From sequence record PQ511146.1: a DNA stretch of 64,000 nt; one strand, given 5' to 3'. Positions 7,989-17,155 of the stretch are shown in pieces. The stretch is from Escherichia phage NHEP1. Positions within the stretch are counted from its first letter, which is position 1. Every line of letters starts with the position of its first letter. Under the pieces are notes generated by a model. The model saw only the letters and a list, made by a program, of their open reading frames with translations. It did not search any database and was not told the origin of the DNA. Position numbers and translations under genes: made by a program.

Positions 7989-8291
7989 TTAATCGTCAAG
8001 TTCAAAATAGATTTTAACAGCTTCATCAAAGATTGGAATCCCGATGTTGTTGATAAGCTGCCAAACTACCATATCTTTTCCTGGATCTGGGAGAATGTCA
8101 ACCTTTCTCCATGCGCTATATATCCAGTTCGGACCGCCTTCTGCACTAACTGGTAGATTTTCACCAGCTTCTTGTAAATACTTATACAGCAAAAGGTATT
8201 CTGGGTACTCTAGAACACTGTCCTCTGTAGTATATAGCAGTTCACGGTATACTTTCAAGAATCCTGTTGGGTTGATGTTTTCAGTCTTCAT
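7989..8291 (-). CDS. hypothetical protein (100 aa)
   Basis: ATG 8 nt after AGGAGA; track start 8309 lacks an SD. Confidence 0.5.
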   Translation of the reverse strand: MKTENINPTGFLKVYRELLYTTEDSVLEYPEYLLLYKYLQEAGENLPVSAEGGPNWIYSAWRKVDILPDPGKDMVVWQLINNIGIPIFDEAVKIYFELDD

Positions 8292-8682
8292 TTGCTGCTT
8301 CTCCTGCATTCATCAGATCTGCCATAGCGTCACCAACGAAGAGGACAACCACGTCGTTGACAGCGTCAGCATCATCTTTATTGATGTTGCTGAATTTGGG
8401 GCACACTGCAATGACCATATAGACCCCGTTGCCCAACTGAACAGTGCGTGTAGTGCACATTAGTGTGGTGCTTGTGCCTTCTTTAAAGGCAAATCCTTGC
8501 AGACGTTCTTCCAGAGAGTCACCTGTGGATTTCAACAAGGCAAGATCGCCCAATGCGTAGGTAGTGTCCTCATAGGTCAGTCCAGAGGTCAATGTTGCCT
8601 TTCCATCAGAAACTATAATAACCCCATCGGCACCGTCAAGCTCAGAGGCTTCAAAGATATTAATATCCCAAATGTTTTTCAT
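8281..8682 (-). CDS. hypothetical protein (133 aa)
   Basis: ATG after GAGGAA; overlaps upstream stop. Confidence 0.55.
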   Translation of the reverse strand: MKNIWDINIFEASELDGADGVIIVSDGKATLTSGLTYEDTTYALGDLALLKSTGDSLEERLQGFAFKEGTSTTLMCTTRTVQLGNGVYMVIAVCPKFSNINKDDADAVNDVVVLFVGDAMADLMNAGEAANED

Positions 8683-8942
8683 CACGCTTCCTCGTCATCT
8701 AATGGGTTGAAGATTTCACCGAAGTATTCTAAGACTTCCAGCTCACGGGTGGTGCAGAAAACACAGTCCCCGTTGTCATCTTCGATAACGGCCTCTTTAC
8801 CAAGAACATCAACTTCAAATTCGTCGTTTAACAGAACGGAACCTGTGTAAACTTTATCTGCCGTGCAGTCCCGAAAAGCAGAGTCCTTCTCCAAGTAGTC
8901 TGGCTTAACCTTGGCTTTAATTCGTTGATATTGTTTGGTCAT
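8682..8942 (-). CDS. small protein, paralog family A (86 aa)
   Basis: ATG downstream of promoter; shares AF(R/K)DCT...DD(N/E)GD.V(F/W)CT motif with gene 9006..9260. Confidence 0.5.
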   Translation of the reverse strand: MTKQYQRIKAKVKPDYLEKDSAFRDCTADKVYTGSVLLNDEFEVDVLGKEAVIEDDNGDCVFCTTRELEVLEYFGEIFNPLDDEEA

Positions 8943-8973
8943 TGCTGTGGTCCCCTTTCGTTTTGATAGGGCC

Positions 8974-9002
8974 ATTATATTAGGCCCTATCGCTATTGTC
9001 AA
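8974..9002 (-). promoter_or_regulatory. consensus sigma70 promoter (TTGACA-17-TATAAT)
   Basis: verified through translation of the track ORF: its TTG 'start' is the -35 hexamer; spacer and -10 lie within palindrome ATAGGGCC...GGCCCTAT. Confidence 0.6.
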
Positions 9003-9005
9003 GTA

Positions 9006-9260
9006 TTAATGCTCAGGTTTTACAAAAACTACTTCGTTAACAGTGCACCAGACAGAATCCCCTTCATCATCTTTAAAGGTAAGACACTGGGCCGAGTTTT
9101 CCAACTCATCAAGTTCTTCTTGTGATAAATAGGTCCCTTCTTCCAGAAGGGCTTTTACCAGAGGGTTCTCACAAAACTCTGCTTCATAAATTGCACCGAG
9201 TGTGCAATCTTTAAAAGCTCGGTCATTTGCAACGCATTCTGGCTTCAAAGTAATTTTCAT
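9006..9260 (-). CDS. small protein, paralog family A (84 aa)
   Basis: ATG start; paralogous to gene 8682..8942. Confidence 0.55.
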   Translation of the reverse strand: MKITLKPECVANDRAFKDCTLGAIYEAEFCENPLVKALLEEGTYLSQEELDELENSAQCLTFKDDEGDSVWCTVNEVVFVKPEH

Positions 9261-9310
9261 CTTGGCGGTCTCCTTAATTATTTAAAATCAACGCTCTGTC
9301 TGTGTGGGGT

Positions 9311-9339
9311 ATCTTACATCTACCCCAACTTGTTGTCAA
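9311..9339 (-). promoter_or_regulatory. sigma70-like promoter (TTGACA-17-TAAGAT)
   Basis: consensus -35 overlapping stop of upstream gene; same -10 as the plus promoter at 29441. Confidence 0.45.
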
Positions 9340-9707
9340 CGACTATTTTCAATCATCCACCAAGGATCGAGATAAGTTTGTTGACTTTTTGCCCACTGGC
9401 AAACTTCATTGTACATCTGGATCTCTTTGTCCGTCAGTTCACGAATAGGCTCATCTATACCCTCATTTTTGTGGTAATCCCAGTCGGCATCGATTTCCCA
9501 CAACCATGACTTACGATCTTCACGTTTACGCACACAGAAGTCCCCAGGACGGCCTGCCAGTGCATTTAGGAACTCGTTCTCCGCTCGCTCCTGGAGAATA
9601 CTAAGGAGCAAAACGTTGGAGCATGACCGTAAAATATGCTTCAGCTCACAATCATCGATCTCAACTTCAATACGTTGCTTGACTGTGTGGGTACCTTTTA
9701 CTAACAT
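9336..9707 (-). CDS. hypothetical protein (123 aa)
   Basis: ATG 4 nt after GAGGAGG; track TTG start at 9734. Confidence 0.55.
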   Translation of the reverse strand: MLVKGTHTVKQRIEVEIDDCELKHILRSCSNVLLLSILQERAENEFLNALAGRPGDFCVRKREDRKSWLWEIDADWDYHKNEGIDEPIRELTDKEIQMYNEVCQWAKSQQTYLDPWWMIENSR

Positions 9708-9717
9708 TCTACCTCCT

Positions 9718-9912
9718 CTAGACGAACTCTGCAAGGGTTGTGTTGTTCACTGCACCGCAGTAGATGGAGTATCCCAACCCGTTAGGGTGTAGAAACCACG
9801 GCACACCTTGATCATCCTTCACGTATACATCTCCATTTTCCGTAAAGGGCCAATACTCTTCTCCAAGGGTAAAATACCTACTCATACCTTCAGCCAGATA
9901 CTTTACTTTCAT
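9718..9912 (-). CDS. small protein, paralog family B (64 aa)
   Basis: shares G..Y.V...D..G..WF/WY motif with the next two genes. Confidence 0.5.
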   Translation of the reverse strand: MKVKYLAEGMSRYFTLGEEYWPFTENGDVYVKDDQGVPWFLHPNGLGYSIYCGAVNNTTLAEFV

Positions 9913-10136
9913 AGATCCTCTTCAACAGCTACAAACTTGGCAAGTAGGGTGGTTCCATAGATATGATACTCACCGTTTGCCAGATGGGAGATAAACCAGG
10001 CAACACCGTCCTCGTCTTCGATCATATTGTTTCTGCGATCCTCGTCGTAATAAACCTTGTAGACCTTACCTTCTTCAAAGAATGATAGGTCTGTCATCTT
10101 CTCTTCTACAAATGTCGCTTTAACCAAAGTTGTCAT
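9909..10136 (-). CDS. small protein, paralog family B (75 aa)
   Basis: ATGA overlap with neighbours; paralog motif. Confidence 0.5.
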   Translation of the reverse strand: MTTLVKATFVEEKMTDLSFFEEGKVYKVYYDEDRRNNMIEDEDGVAWFISHLANGEYHIYGTTLLAKFVAVEEDL

Positions 10137-10417
10137 TGATCTGCCTCCTTCTTGTTGAGCCGGAACACTGCAATAATAGCATTTCCAAGATGCAGTGTCA
10201 AATCATTTCCCAGATACCATAACATTCCACGGTCATCTTTAATGAAAGGGTAACAATCCGGTGCCTTCCAGACATTATACACTTTGCCGACCTGAAAGAA
10301 ATCAGGCCCTGTTGGAATTTTAGTACCGGGCCATACTTGGGACACCTGAACGCATTCTACCTGCATAATGACAGGGATAGTCATGGAGGTAAATGTTTTT
10401 GTTGGTTCTACTACCAT
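10133..10417 (-). CDS. small protein, paralog family B (94 aa)
   Basis: ATG after GAGAGGAGA; track extension to 10507 would overlap the polymerase 3' end. Confidence 0.5.
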   Translation of the reverse strand: MVVEPTKTFTSMTIPVIMQVECVQVSQVWPGTKIPTGPDFFQVGKVYNVWKAPDCYPFIKDDRGMLWYLGNDLTLHLGNAIIAVFRLNKKEADQ

Positions 10418-10466
10418 AAAAGTCTCCTCTCTGTCTAACAACACTTCCGTGTGTTGATAGTTTACA

Positions 10467-13400
10467 TTAGTGACAATCACCCCAGTTACGACCGCACAAG
10501 TATTCACCTGTGATCTGGAACGGAACGCCCATCATTTTAGAAGCCTGCCAGAAGCAATGCACCACCATTTCGCCCACAGGGCTCCAGATAAGCTCAAGCT
10601 TTCCGTCATCATTCAAGATAGGATCGTATACCGTATTTCCATCCTTGTCAACCACTTCGTTTCCGTCCTCATCTTTGCGTGCCTTTTTGTACTTATGACC
10701 GTCGAACACATGAAGTTTAGCCTCTTGTTGGGCTTTAAATGTTTCCAGCTCTTCAATTGTGTCGAAGGTGTATACGGTTTTATACTTAGGTGTGTCAGGC
10801 ACTTGAAGCTGATATTCGTCATGGTAATAGATAATACGACGAACACCCTCATCATACCATCCACGCTTCACCATCTGGTGGTGCATGAGGATTCCGACCA
10901 AGTCGCACAACGATGCACCGCCATTTTGCTGATATGCATTAAGCAAAGAGTGTTTAGAGCGGGTCCAAATGGCATGCCCGTCAAAAGAGTAGATAAATTT
11001 CTTACCTGTTGCTTCCCAGAATTTCTCCAGATCCTCTTTACGCCCCTTAAGGCCCGGGTTGGCATCCCAGAGAGCATCAATTACTCTCTGTCCAAGTTCT
11101 GGAGAGATATCTAGCATATCTGCAACTTTATCTTTTTGTGCCCCGTACATAACCCCATATGTGACAGGCTTACCATCGTTACGGGAAATCTCCTTGCCTG
11201 CTACAGAAGAGTAAGCTTTGGCGTTATTACAGTTACCGCACACTGCCACTTTACCATTCCTTCTCACAATGATTGCTCCAGAAGGGACGGTAACGCAATA
11301 AACCAAAGAACCGCTCACCTCGACAGACTCTTTAGATAGTGTCAGCAACCCTGCTCTCTGTTTGCTACCAATCGTGATTCTGTGCTGTACGGAACGACCT
11401 TTTTTGTGAATCGCCACCGTATTATTCCGTAAACCACACTGAGTAGCCAGCGCAGACACAACCTCTACAGATTTCTTCCTGCACCCGGCCTGAGAGTAGT
11501 AGGCAACTTTTCCACCTTCGGAAGATACCCACCCGTCCCAGTTAGATAAAGAAGCTATAAACAGGTTTTTAGATTCTTTATCAAGGTCCATCAGGTTGTA
11601 GGTGAAATCCTTATTGCTGTCCAAAAACTCAAATACCCAGGACGGAACGTGGAATTGGAACCTTCTCGCCAGTAAGCCCCCTTTTGTGGTTTTCCCGCTC
11701 TGCTCTACATAACTAAGGCTTAGAGCAGAAAAAGTATCTAAAAGCGTTGCAACTTTTCTGCCCTTCCCGACCTGAATCCTGCACACGATGCTGCCGTCCT
11801 TATTTGTATGCAAGTGCCCATCATCGTGAATAGCAATAAGCAAATTAACCTGGGCAGGAGATAAGGTTGTATTCCCATAAAACTCTGCCGCATGGATAAA
11901 CCTTCTTCCTGAATTAGACCCTTTACCTGCTTTCAGGTCTTTTGCCAAATCTTCAAACAATTTATTGCTTCTGTGATCCACGGTCAGCATCCTGTGTTGA
12001 TCTGTAACCATAAAATCCACACTGCTGTTGTGGAAATGATACATATCCCCACAATAACTACGCTTAACGTAATTTAATGGAGTAACAAGGTTCATCGACG
12101 AGGTGTTGTGATCGTACTGGAACACCTGTGTTCCCGGATCAAGATCTTCAAACCTCACCCACCCTTTCTCCGTGAGAATTTGTGTATCTCCTGAATAACA
12201 GTGTGCATCGCCGTTACTTACAACATCATAATACAGACCGTTGTCAAACTCAAAGGCACCCCAGGCCCCGATGAGCTGCTCTAAGTTGGACCCGTCAATA
12301 CCGATCTCAAAGTATCCTGGAGGAACACCCCACAGACTACGCATCTCTTTACCCATAACCACTTTAGGAGATGGTTTAGGCATGTTTGCACAAATACTAT
12401 GTTTCTGTCTGGAAGTGTTTGTTAATCCAGAACTTTTAGCAGGAAGCTTGTGGTCAATCTTCAAACGTGGATGATTAAGAAGACCAGTATCAACCTTATC
12501 TTCCTTGATTGGATCAAGGACCGATCTGCGGTTTCGCAATGATAACCACAAAACGATATCTTTAGCCATCTCTCCGTTCAATTTTTCAAGATTCGGGCAC
12601 AGGTGTCCAAACGTATCTTTCAGTTGCGGAGAAGTAATAAGCGCTCTGGCTTTTCTACGTATCTTCCCAAACACTTCCTTTTTAATCCTTTCTGAGTTAG
12701 GGAAGCTTCGGAACTTATGCACAGTTGTCTGGAACTTGGCATCAGTTTTGTTCCAGAAGTTGATAATTAGATCACAATACTCTGACTCCAAAAGCTCGTC
12801 CATATATGCATATACTCGTGCATCAACATCTGCATCAGGTAAAGCTTTCTTCTTGCTGTCTTTAGTTACATCTTTAGTTCTCCACATTGTTGGGAGCCAA
12901 CCAGCACTGATCAGGTATCGCTTGATGTCGTCCTGATTGCTGATTTTCATAGGTATCTTGCAGTCAGGCATTCGCTTCTGCTGTAGGTCACTTATCGCCT
13001 GATCCATCAGCTCTTTAGGTAAAGGGTGTGGTGTAGAAGTTCCTTTGATATACCCCCTCAAGAAATCAGCCATCTTATCGGGGTCTTTACAGCCCATCTC
13101 TTCACACCATTTTATCCCCATCTTACTTACATCCCCTGTGGAGGTAAATGCTCGCTTAGGAGGAGCTTTGAACTCTAAAGCACTCATGTCCACAGGGTAG
13201 CCAAGCTTGTCTTTTAACCATTTCCAACCATTATTGGAGATTGTCCCATCTTGGTTAAACGGCTTTTCAGGGAACTTAGGCCGCTGAGACATTGATAACT
13301 CTTTTAAAGGAAGTTGTGGTTCAACACGATCAGCGATCTCTTTCATCCACGCATCGCAACGGTCACGTAAAGCAATAGCCCCATCTATGTCGAAATACAC

Positions 13401-14213
13401 CCCCTGTCGAGCCTGCAGCTCCATCAGGAAGTGCTGTAACATGCCTCGGCGTAATGCGTTCTTCCAGGTGATCTTCTTGAAGCCTTTCGGCTTCTCTTTG
13501 GCAGGATCGTACATAAAGTTCTGCATGTCAGATTTGCCGTAGAATACACCTTTTGATTCCGCTACCAACTCCTTCCAGAGCAACTCCTGGATGATAACGT
13601 CCTCGAACACACGATCCACATACTTCCACAGTGGAAGCTCACGCCAGTCATCGATTTGAACTTTCTGGTTACCAAGGGCATAGCCCCATGCCATAAGGCC
13701 ATGAGGCCCAACAGGCTGCATTTTCTTGGTAACTGGATTGAATACTGCGTCCGGACAACCTTTTGGCAAAGGGCGGTCAGGCCACAAGATTCGGCTCATC
13801 GCTAACGTATCAAACAGATTAACCGGGTGGTCGTTGATAGTCCCCATGCATTTAGGATCACGGAACATATCAAAATGAATACCGGATAATCTTTCCATCA
13901 GCATAAAGTCGTAACTGTAGCAGTTATGACAGTTCAAAGCCGTAGGTGACCAGTCTGAATTGCCTGTAAGCCAACCTTCCAACTCTGAAAAATCTGCTAT
14001 GCGAGCCTCAAAATCTGTATAAAGGGTCTTCTTTGCCAGAATGAAGTTCTTAGCTTTCTCCACATCCTCTTCAGAGTAGTGTGTGCGGTCATTTAGAGGA
14101 AGGAACAGCATAAAACGGTTCTTATTCAGCTCTTTAAACAAACCGCAGTGATAATAAAGATCTGGGTCTTCCAGCAGGCCAGAGGCCTCAAAATCGAACG
14201 ACCACATGCTCAT
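10467..14213 (-). CDS. family A DNA polymerase (3'-5' exo + pol) interrupted by an intein
   Basis: Exo I FDFEASGL; motif A IGIDGSNLEQL; motif B KPVTYGVMYG; motif C YYHDEY; AAGGAG SD; 1248-aa precursor. Confidence 0.9.
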   Translation of the reverse strand: MSMWSFDFEASGLLEDPDLYYHCGLFKELNKNRFMLFLPLNDRTHYSEEDVEKAKNFILAKKTLYTDFEARIADFSELEGWLTGNSDWSPTALNCHNCYSYDFMLMERLSGIHFDMFRDPKCMGTINDHPVNLFDTLAMSRILWPDRPLPKGCPDAVFNPVTKKMQPVGPHGLMAWGYALGNQKVQIDDWRELPLWKYVDRVFEDVIIQELLWKELVAESKGVFYGKSDMQNFMYDPAKEKPKGFKKITWKNALRRGMLQHFLMELQARQGVYFDIDGAIALRDRCDAWMKEIADRVEPQLPLKELSMSQRPKFPEKPFNQDGTISNNGWKWLKDKLGYPVDMSALEFKAPPKRAFTSTGDVSKMGIKWCEEMGCKDPDKMADFLRGYIKGTSTPHPLPKELMDQAISDLQQKRMPDCKIPMKISNQDDIKRYLISAGWLPTMWRTKDVTKDSKKKALPDADVDARVYAYMDELLESEYCDLIINFWNKTDAKFQTTVHKFRSFPNSERIKKEVFGKIRRKARALITSPQLKDTFGHLCPNLEKLNGEMAKDIVLWLSLRNRRSVLDPIKEDKVDTGLLNHPRLKIDHKLPAKSSGLTNTSRQKHSICANMPKPSPKVVMGKEMRSLWGVPPGYFEIGIDGSNLEQLIGAWGAFEFDNGLYYDVVSNGDAHCYSGDTQILTEKGWVRFEDLDPGTQVFQYDHNTSSMNLVTPLNYVKRSYCGDMYHFHNSSVDFMVTDQHRMLTVDHRSNKLFEDLAKDLKAGKGSNSGRRFIHAAEFYGNTTLSPAQVNLLIAIHDDGHLHTNKDGSIVCRIQVGKGRKVATLLDTFSALSLSYVEQSGKTTKGGLLARRFQFHVPSWVFEFLDSNKDFTYNLMDLDKESKNLFIASLSNWDGWVSSEGGKVAYYSQAGCRKKSVEVVSALATQCGLRNNTVAIHKKGRSVQHRITIGSKQRAGLLTLSKESVEVSGSLVYCVTVPSGAIIVRRNGKVAVCGNCNNAKAYSSVAGKEISRNDGKPVTYGVMYGAQKDKVADMLDISPELGQRVIDALWDANPGLKGRKEDLEKFWEATGKKFIYSFDGHAIWTRSKHSLLNAYQQNGGASLCDLVGILMHHQMVKRGWYDEGVRRIIYYHDEYQLQVPDTPKYKTVYTFDTIEELETFKAQQEAKLHVFDGHKYKKARKDEDGNEVVDKDGNTVYDPILNDDGKLELIWSPVGEMVVHCFWQASKMMGVPFQITGEYLCGRNWGDCH
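11232..12200 (-). other. intein (about 323 aa) within DNA polymerase, with LAGLIDADG-like endonuclease insert
   Basis: N-terminal CYSGDTQIL after extein ...GDAH; block B TDQH; block F VYCVTV; C-terminal ...VCGN followed by +1 Cys; LLIAIHDDGH and LFIASLSNWDGW resemble LAGLIDADG motifs. Confidence 0.7.
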
Positions 14214-14271
14214 ATACAGTTCTCCTTAAAGGGGAGGCGGTTGTACTACCCCTCCCACTCTTGGTTAAACA

Positions 14272-16350
14272 TTAAAAAGGTGTTTCGTCGTCTTCAAAAC
14301 CAGGAACGTGGTTAGAGGACGGATCATCATACTGAAGGTCTTCCTGTGTGTCAACAGGGTTAACAGCAGGGGTTATAACCTTATCAGCCACAACCTTGCC
14401 CACAGGTGTTTCTACAACTGCATGCTCCTGATCCTCAAACATAGCCTGAGGTCTCCAAACAACCTCCCCACCTTCCCCGTCTGTAAACATCTGCATTTCT
14501 TTGTCCCAGTACCAGTTGCTGGCATCATAGAACTTGCCTGTGTGGGGATCCATAACTAGAGTGTCCGCAATACCTAAGGTTTTTGCTGGGCGGTTTTTAA
14601 GACCTACCAGTCGGACACGTCCACGGGAACGATCCACCATCTCCTCTGCCTCTACCCCGACAACCACCCAGCTAAGTTGCTCCAATCCGGCACTACCGCG
14701 AAGGTTCTCTTTTCGTACAGGGTACCAGAAAGGTAACGGATTTCCATCCTTATCCTTCGGAGGTACAATCTCTGTGCGCTTCAGGTGAGCAATCACCAAG
14801 ATAAACACATTAAACTGCTTACAGAACGCGGCTAGTTGAGTCATAGCCATGTCAAGCTCTTTACGCTCATCCTTAACATTAAGCCCTGAAATCACCATAG
14901 ACAGGTGATCCAGCACAATGTAACGGCAGTGATACAGGCACACCATTTGTTTAAGCTTAGTGATCAGCTCATCTACAGGGATGGAGCCGAAATGCTTGAA
15001 CACTTTGATTTTTCCGGCCTTGGCCCAAGATTGATGAATCTCAGCGTGCTCCTGATCGGTCAGGAACTGACTGGGGTCTTCAACAAACTCTTTAACATCA
15101 AACCCCAGCTGGTTAGCGTACAGAGAGTTGATTGCTTCCTCAGGATCCTCTTCAAGGTGAATCAGGCACAGGCGATCATCCTCTTCATAATCATCAGCTT
15201 TAGGGCATGTTGGATCCATCAAGTATCTTGCAATGCAATGTTCCAGCTTCTTGGCTACAGTTGTTTTACCACCGCCAGACGGGCCTGTCAGCATCATCAA
15301 GGTGCCTTTGTGGAGTCCTTTCAGCATCTTCTGCAGTTTAGGGAACTCTGCACTGATATCTACGCCATTGGAAGTCTTCTTACGAAGAGATTCAATGGAG
15401 AAGTCTTCTAAATCAGATACAGCATCAGGCACATATTTGACTGGGTGACGGAACATGTTGACAATATCTTCCAGCTTTTTAGCCTTCAGCATGTCACGAA
15501 TATCTTTTACACCATCAGGGTCGTTTACCTCACCCGGGTATTCCACGTGGTAAACGTTATCAGCCATCAAAAATGCTGCGATATTATGTGTGGCTTCAAC
15601 ACCTTTAATAACGTGTTTTTGCTTCTCTACCTCGTTAGCTGCATCGTTGTCCATTGCAAGGACCACTGTTCCGTAGCTACGGATAAATTTCTCATTGTTC
15701 GCAAAAGTGTCTACGGCGTTTGCACACCCACAGTTAATTCCAACAAAAGGCAGGCATGGTTTTCCTGCCAGATCCCCGCCGTTGATAACTGCATCAATCC
15801 CATCCTGGACTTCTTTAGCCCACTGCTTCACCTTCGCTGGGGCTTTAGCATTGGTGAGAATTCCTTTTACTTGTATCTGATATGCAGCCTGCCACGCTGC
15901 AATAACATCTCCTTCTCCCTCACAAACGTTAATCTGCTTACGGTTGTTGGAGGATGCACACAGCTTTTGACCAAACATCTGGGAGTTGGCCTTTACTATG
16001 CCAACAACCGAGAAATGGCCCCTTTGCTCTTTAGGGATTGTCCAGTCACGCTTTTTAAAGCCAGATAGATTACCGTAGCGGTCATAATACGGAAAGTAGG
16101 TGGCAGTAACAGTTACACCATCCTCTTGGGATAGCGATGATCGTACACCAAAATATTGTGCAGCCATCAGTCCAATATTTTGTTGTGGAACAGGGACAAT
16201 TTTAGTGTTTTCTAAAACAGTCTCCACAGTTTCAACTTCTTTTTCATCACGATAGTCTCGTTTCACACTCCCCCCACTTTTATACTTAGTTGCTTTCGGG
16301 TTTGGCTCACCGAAACGGTTGTATGCAGATGCCATGAATTTACTGCCCAT
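14272..16350 (-). CDS. T7 gp4-like DNA primase-helicase
   Basis: TOPRIM-like VCEGEGDVIAAW; DnaB-type Walker A GPSGGGKTT and Walker B IVLDHL; acidic C-terminus ending DDETPF; AAGGAGAAG SD; no Cys4 zinc-binding domain seen. Confidence 0.85.
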   Translation of the reverse strand: MGSKFMASAYNRFGEPNPKATKYKSGGSVKRDYRDEKEVETVETVLENTKIVPVPQQNIGLMAAQYFGVRSSLSQEDGVTVTATYFPYYDRYGNLSGFKKRDWTIPKEQRGHFSVVGIVKANSQMFGQKLCASSNNRKQINVCEGEGDVIAAWQAAYQIQVKGILTNAKAPAKVKQWAKEVQDGIDAVINGGDLAGKPCLPFVGINCGCANAVDTFANNEKFIRSYGTVVLAMDNDAANEVEKQKHVIKGVEATHNIAAFLMADNVYHVEYPGEVNDPDGVKDIRDMLKAKKLEDIVNMFRHPVKYVPDAVSDLEDFSIESLRKKTSNGVDISAEFPKLQKMLKGLHKGTLMMLTGPSGGGKTTVAKKLEHCIARYLMDPTCPKADDYEEDDRLCLIHLEEDPEEAINSLYANQLGFDVKEFVEDPSQFLTDQEHAEIHQSWAKAGKIKVFKHFGSIPVDELITKLKQMVCLYHCRYIVLDHLSMVISGLNVKDERKELDMAMTQLAAFCKQFNVFILVIAHLKRTEIVPPKDKDGNPLPFWYPVRKENLRGSAGLEQLSWVVVGVEAEEMVDRSRGRVRLVGLKNRPAKTLGIADTLVMDPHTGKFYDASNWYWDKEMQMFTDGEGGEVVWRPQAMFEDQEHAVVETPVGKVVADKVITPAVNPVDTQEDLQYDDPSSNHVPGFEDDETPF

Positions 16351-17104
16351 TAATTCTTCTCCTTACTGCAGGCTCGTTTGCTAAGAATACAGCTCTTGCC
16401 CAGCCACGTGGTGTAAGGCTTCGAATCATCTTCGTCCTTGCACTCTTTCCACCTAGCTTAGCGTGTTGCATGGAATAACCACTAACCGCATCAACTATTT
16501 GCGGGACAGGTTTTGTGGCGGGGATTATAAATCCATTGCCTATCCAACCGCAAGTTATTTTTGGGTAGGCATCACGTGGAGCTATAAATTCAGGAAACCA
16601 TGGGTTTACATCATCCTCTGGTAAATACCCACCATAATCCGAAGGATGAAAACGGTAATCAGGTTTTCGCCACAGTGTTGACATAACTCCTACAGGGTTC
16701 TCTACATGCCACGGGCAATCGTAAATCTCTCCCAACTCTTCTGCAACCCGAGCATCTTTCACAGCATTAATTTGGATCAGAGGATCCTTAGCCAGCTTTT
16801 TCTTAAAGTGTGCAGCTCCGGATACTGCTAAATGCGTGCACGGAGGAAATGCAAGAATAAAGTCTGGAGCCGGATACATGCAAAAAGTTTCTTGAGGGAA
16901 CCATGGATCAATCCAATAATCCACATAGTGAATGTTAGGATGATCGGTTATCACCTCTACATAACTACCGTGGTCAGCACCTTCTGCATTAAAGCACAGG
17001 CACAGGTACCCAGCTTTTGCCCAGTCAATAACTGCACCACCGGACCCGTCAAATAGACTCCACACGACACCTTTGTGGTAGTGTTCTTTGTAGATAAATT
17101 TCAA
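16340..17104 (-). CDS. DNA (cytosine-5)-methyltransferase-like protein
   Basis: motif I FDGSGG, motif IV FPPC, motif VI HVENPVG; TTG start 7 nt after AGGAGA; track GTG at 17134 lies inside the terminator hairpin. Confidence 0.5.
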   Translation of the reverse strand: MKFIYKEHYHKGVVWSLFDGSGGAVIDWAKAGYLCLCFNAEGADHGSYVEVITDHPNIHYVDYWIDPWFPQETFCMYPAPDFILAFPPCTHLAVSGAAHFKKKLAKDPLIQINAVKDARVAEELGEIYDCPWHVENPVGVMSTLWRKPDYRFHPSDYGGYLPEDDVNPWFPEFIAPRDAYPKITCGWIGNGFIIPATKPVPQIVDAVSGYSMQHAKLGGKSARTKMIRSLTPRGWARAVFLANEPAVRRRINGQ

Positions 17105-17120
17105 TTTGCTGTCTCCTAAT

Positions 17121-17149
17121 GCAAAAAGCCCCACCCTTTCGGGCAGGGC
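17121..17149 (-). terminator. rho-independent terminator (same GAAA-loop hairpin as at 6014)
   Basis: GCCCUGCCC-GAAA-GGGUGGGGC + UUUUUG on minus strand downstream of gene 17156..17638. Confidence 0.55.
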
Positions 17150-17155
17150 ATAGTG

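Noticed and set aside
10470-11114. Long plus-strand ORFs antisense to large minus-strand genes (for example 10470..11114, 14905..15411, 15445..16068, 39194..39682, 40031..40624, 40676..41254, 56163..56885)
   Set aside because: They lie entirely inside minus-strand genes with strong motif support (polymerase, primase-helicase, tail proteins), lack SD sequences and have low-complexity translations; treated as shadow ORFs.
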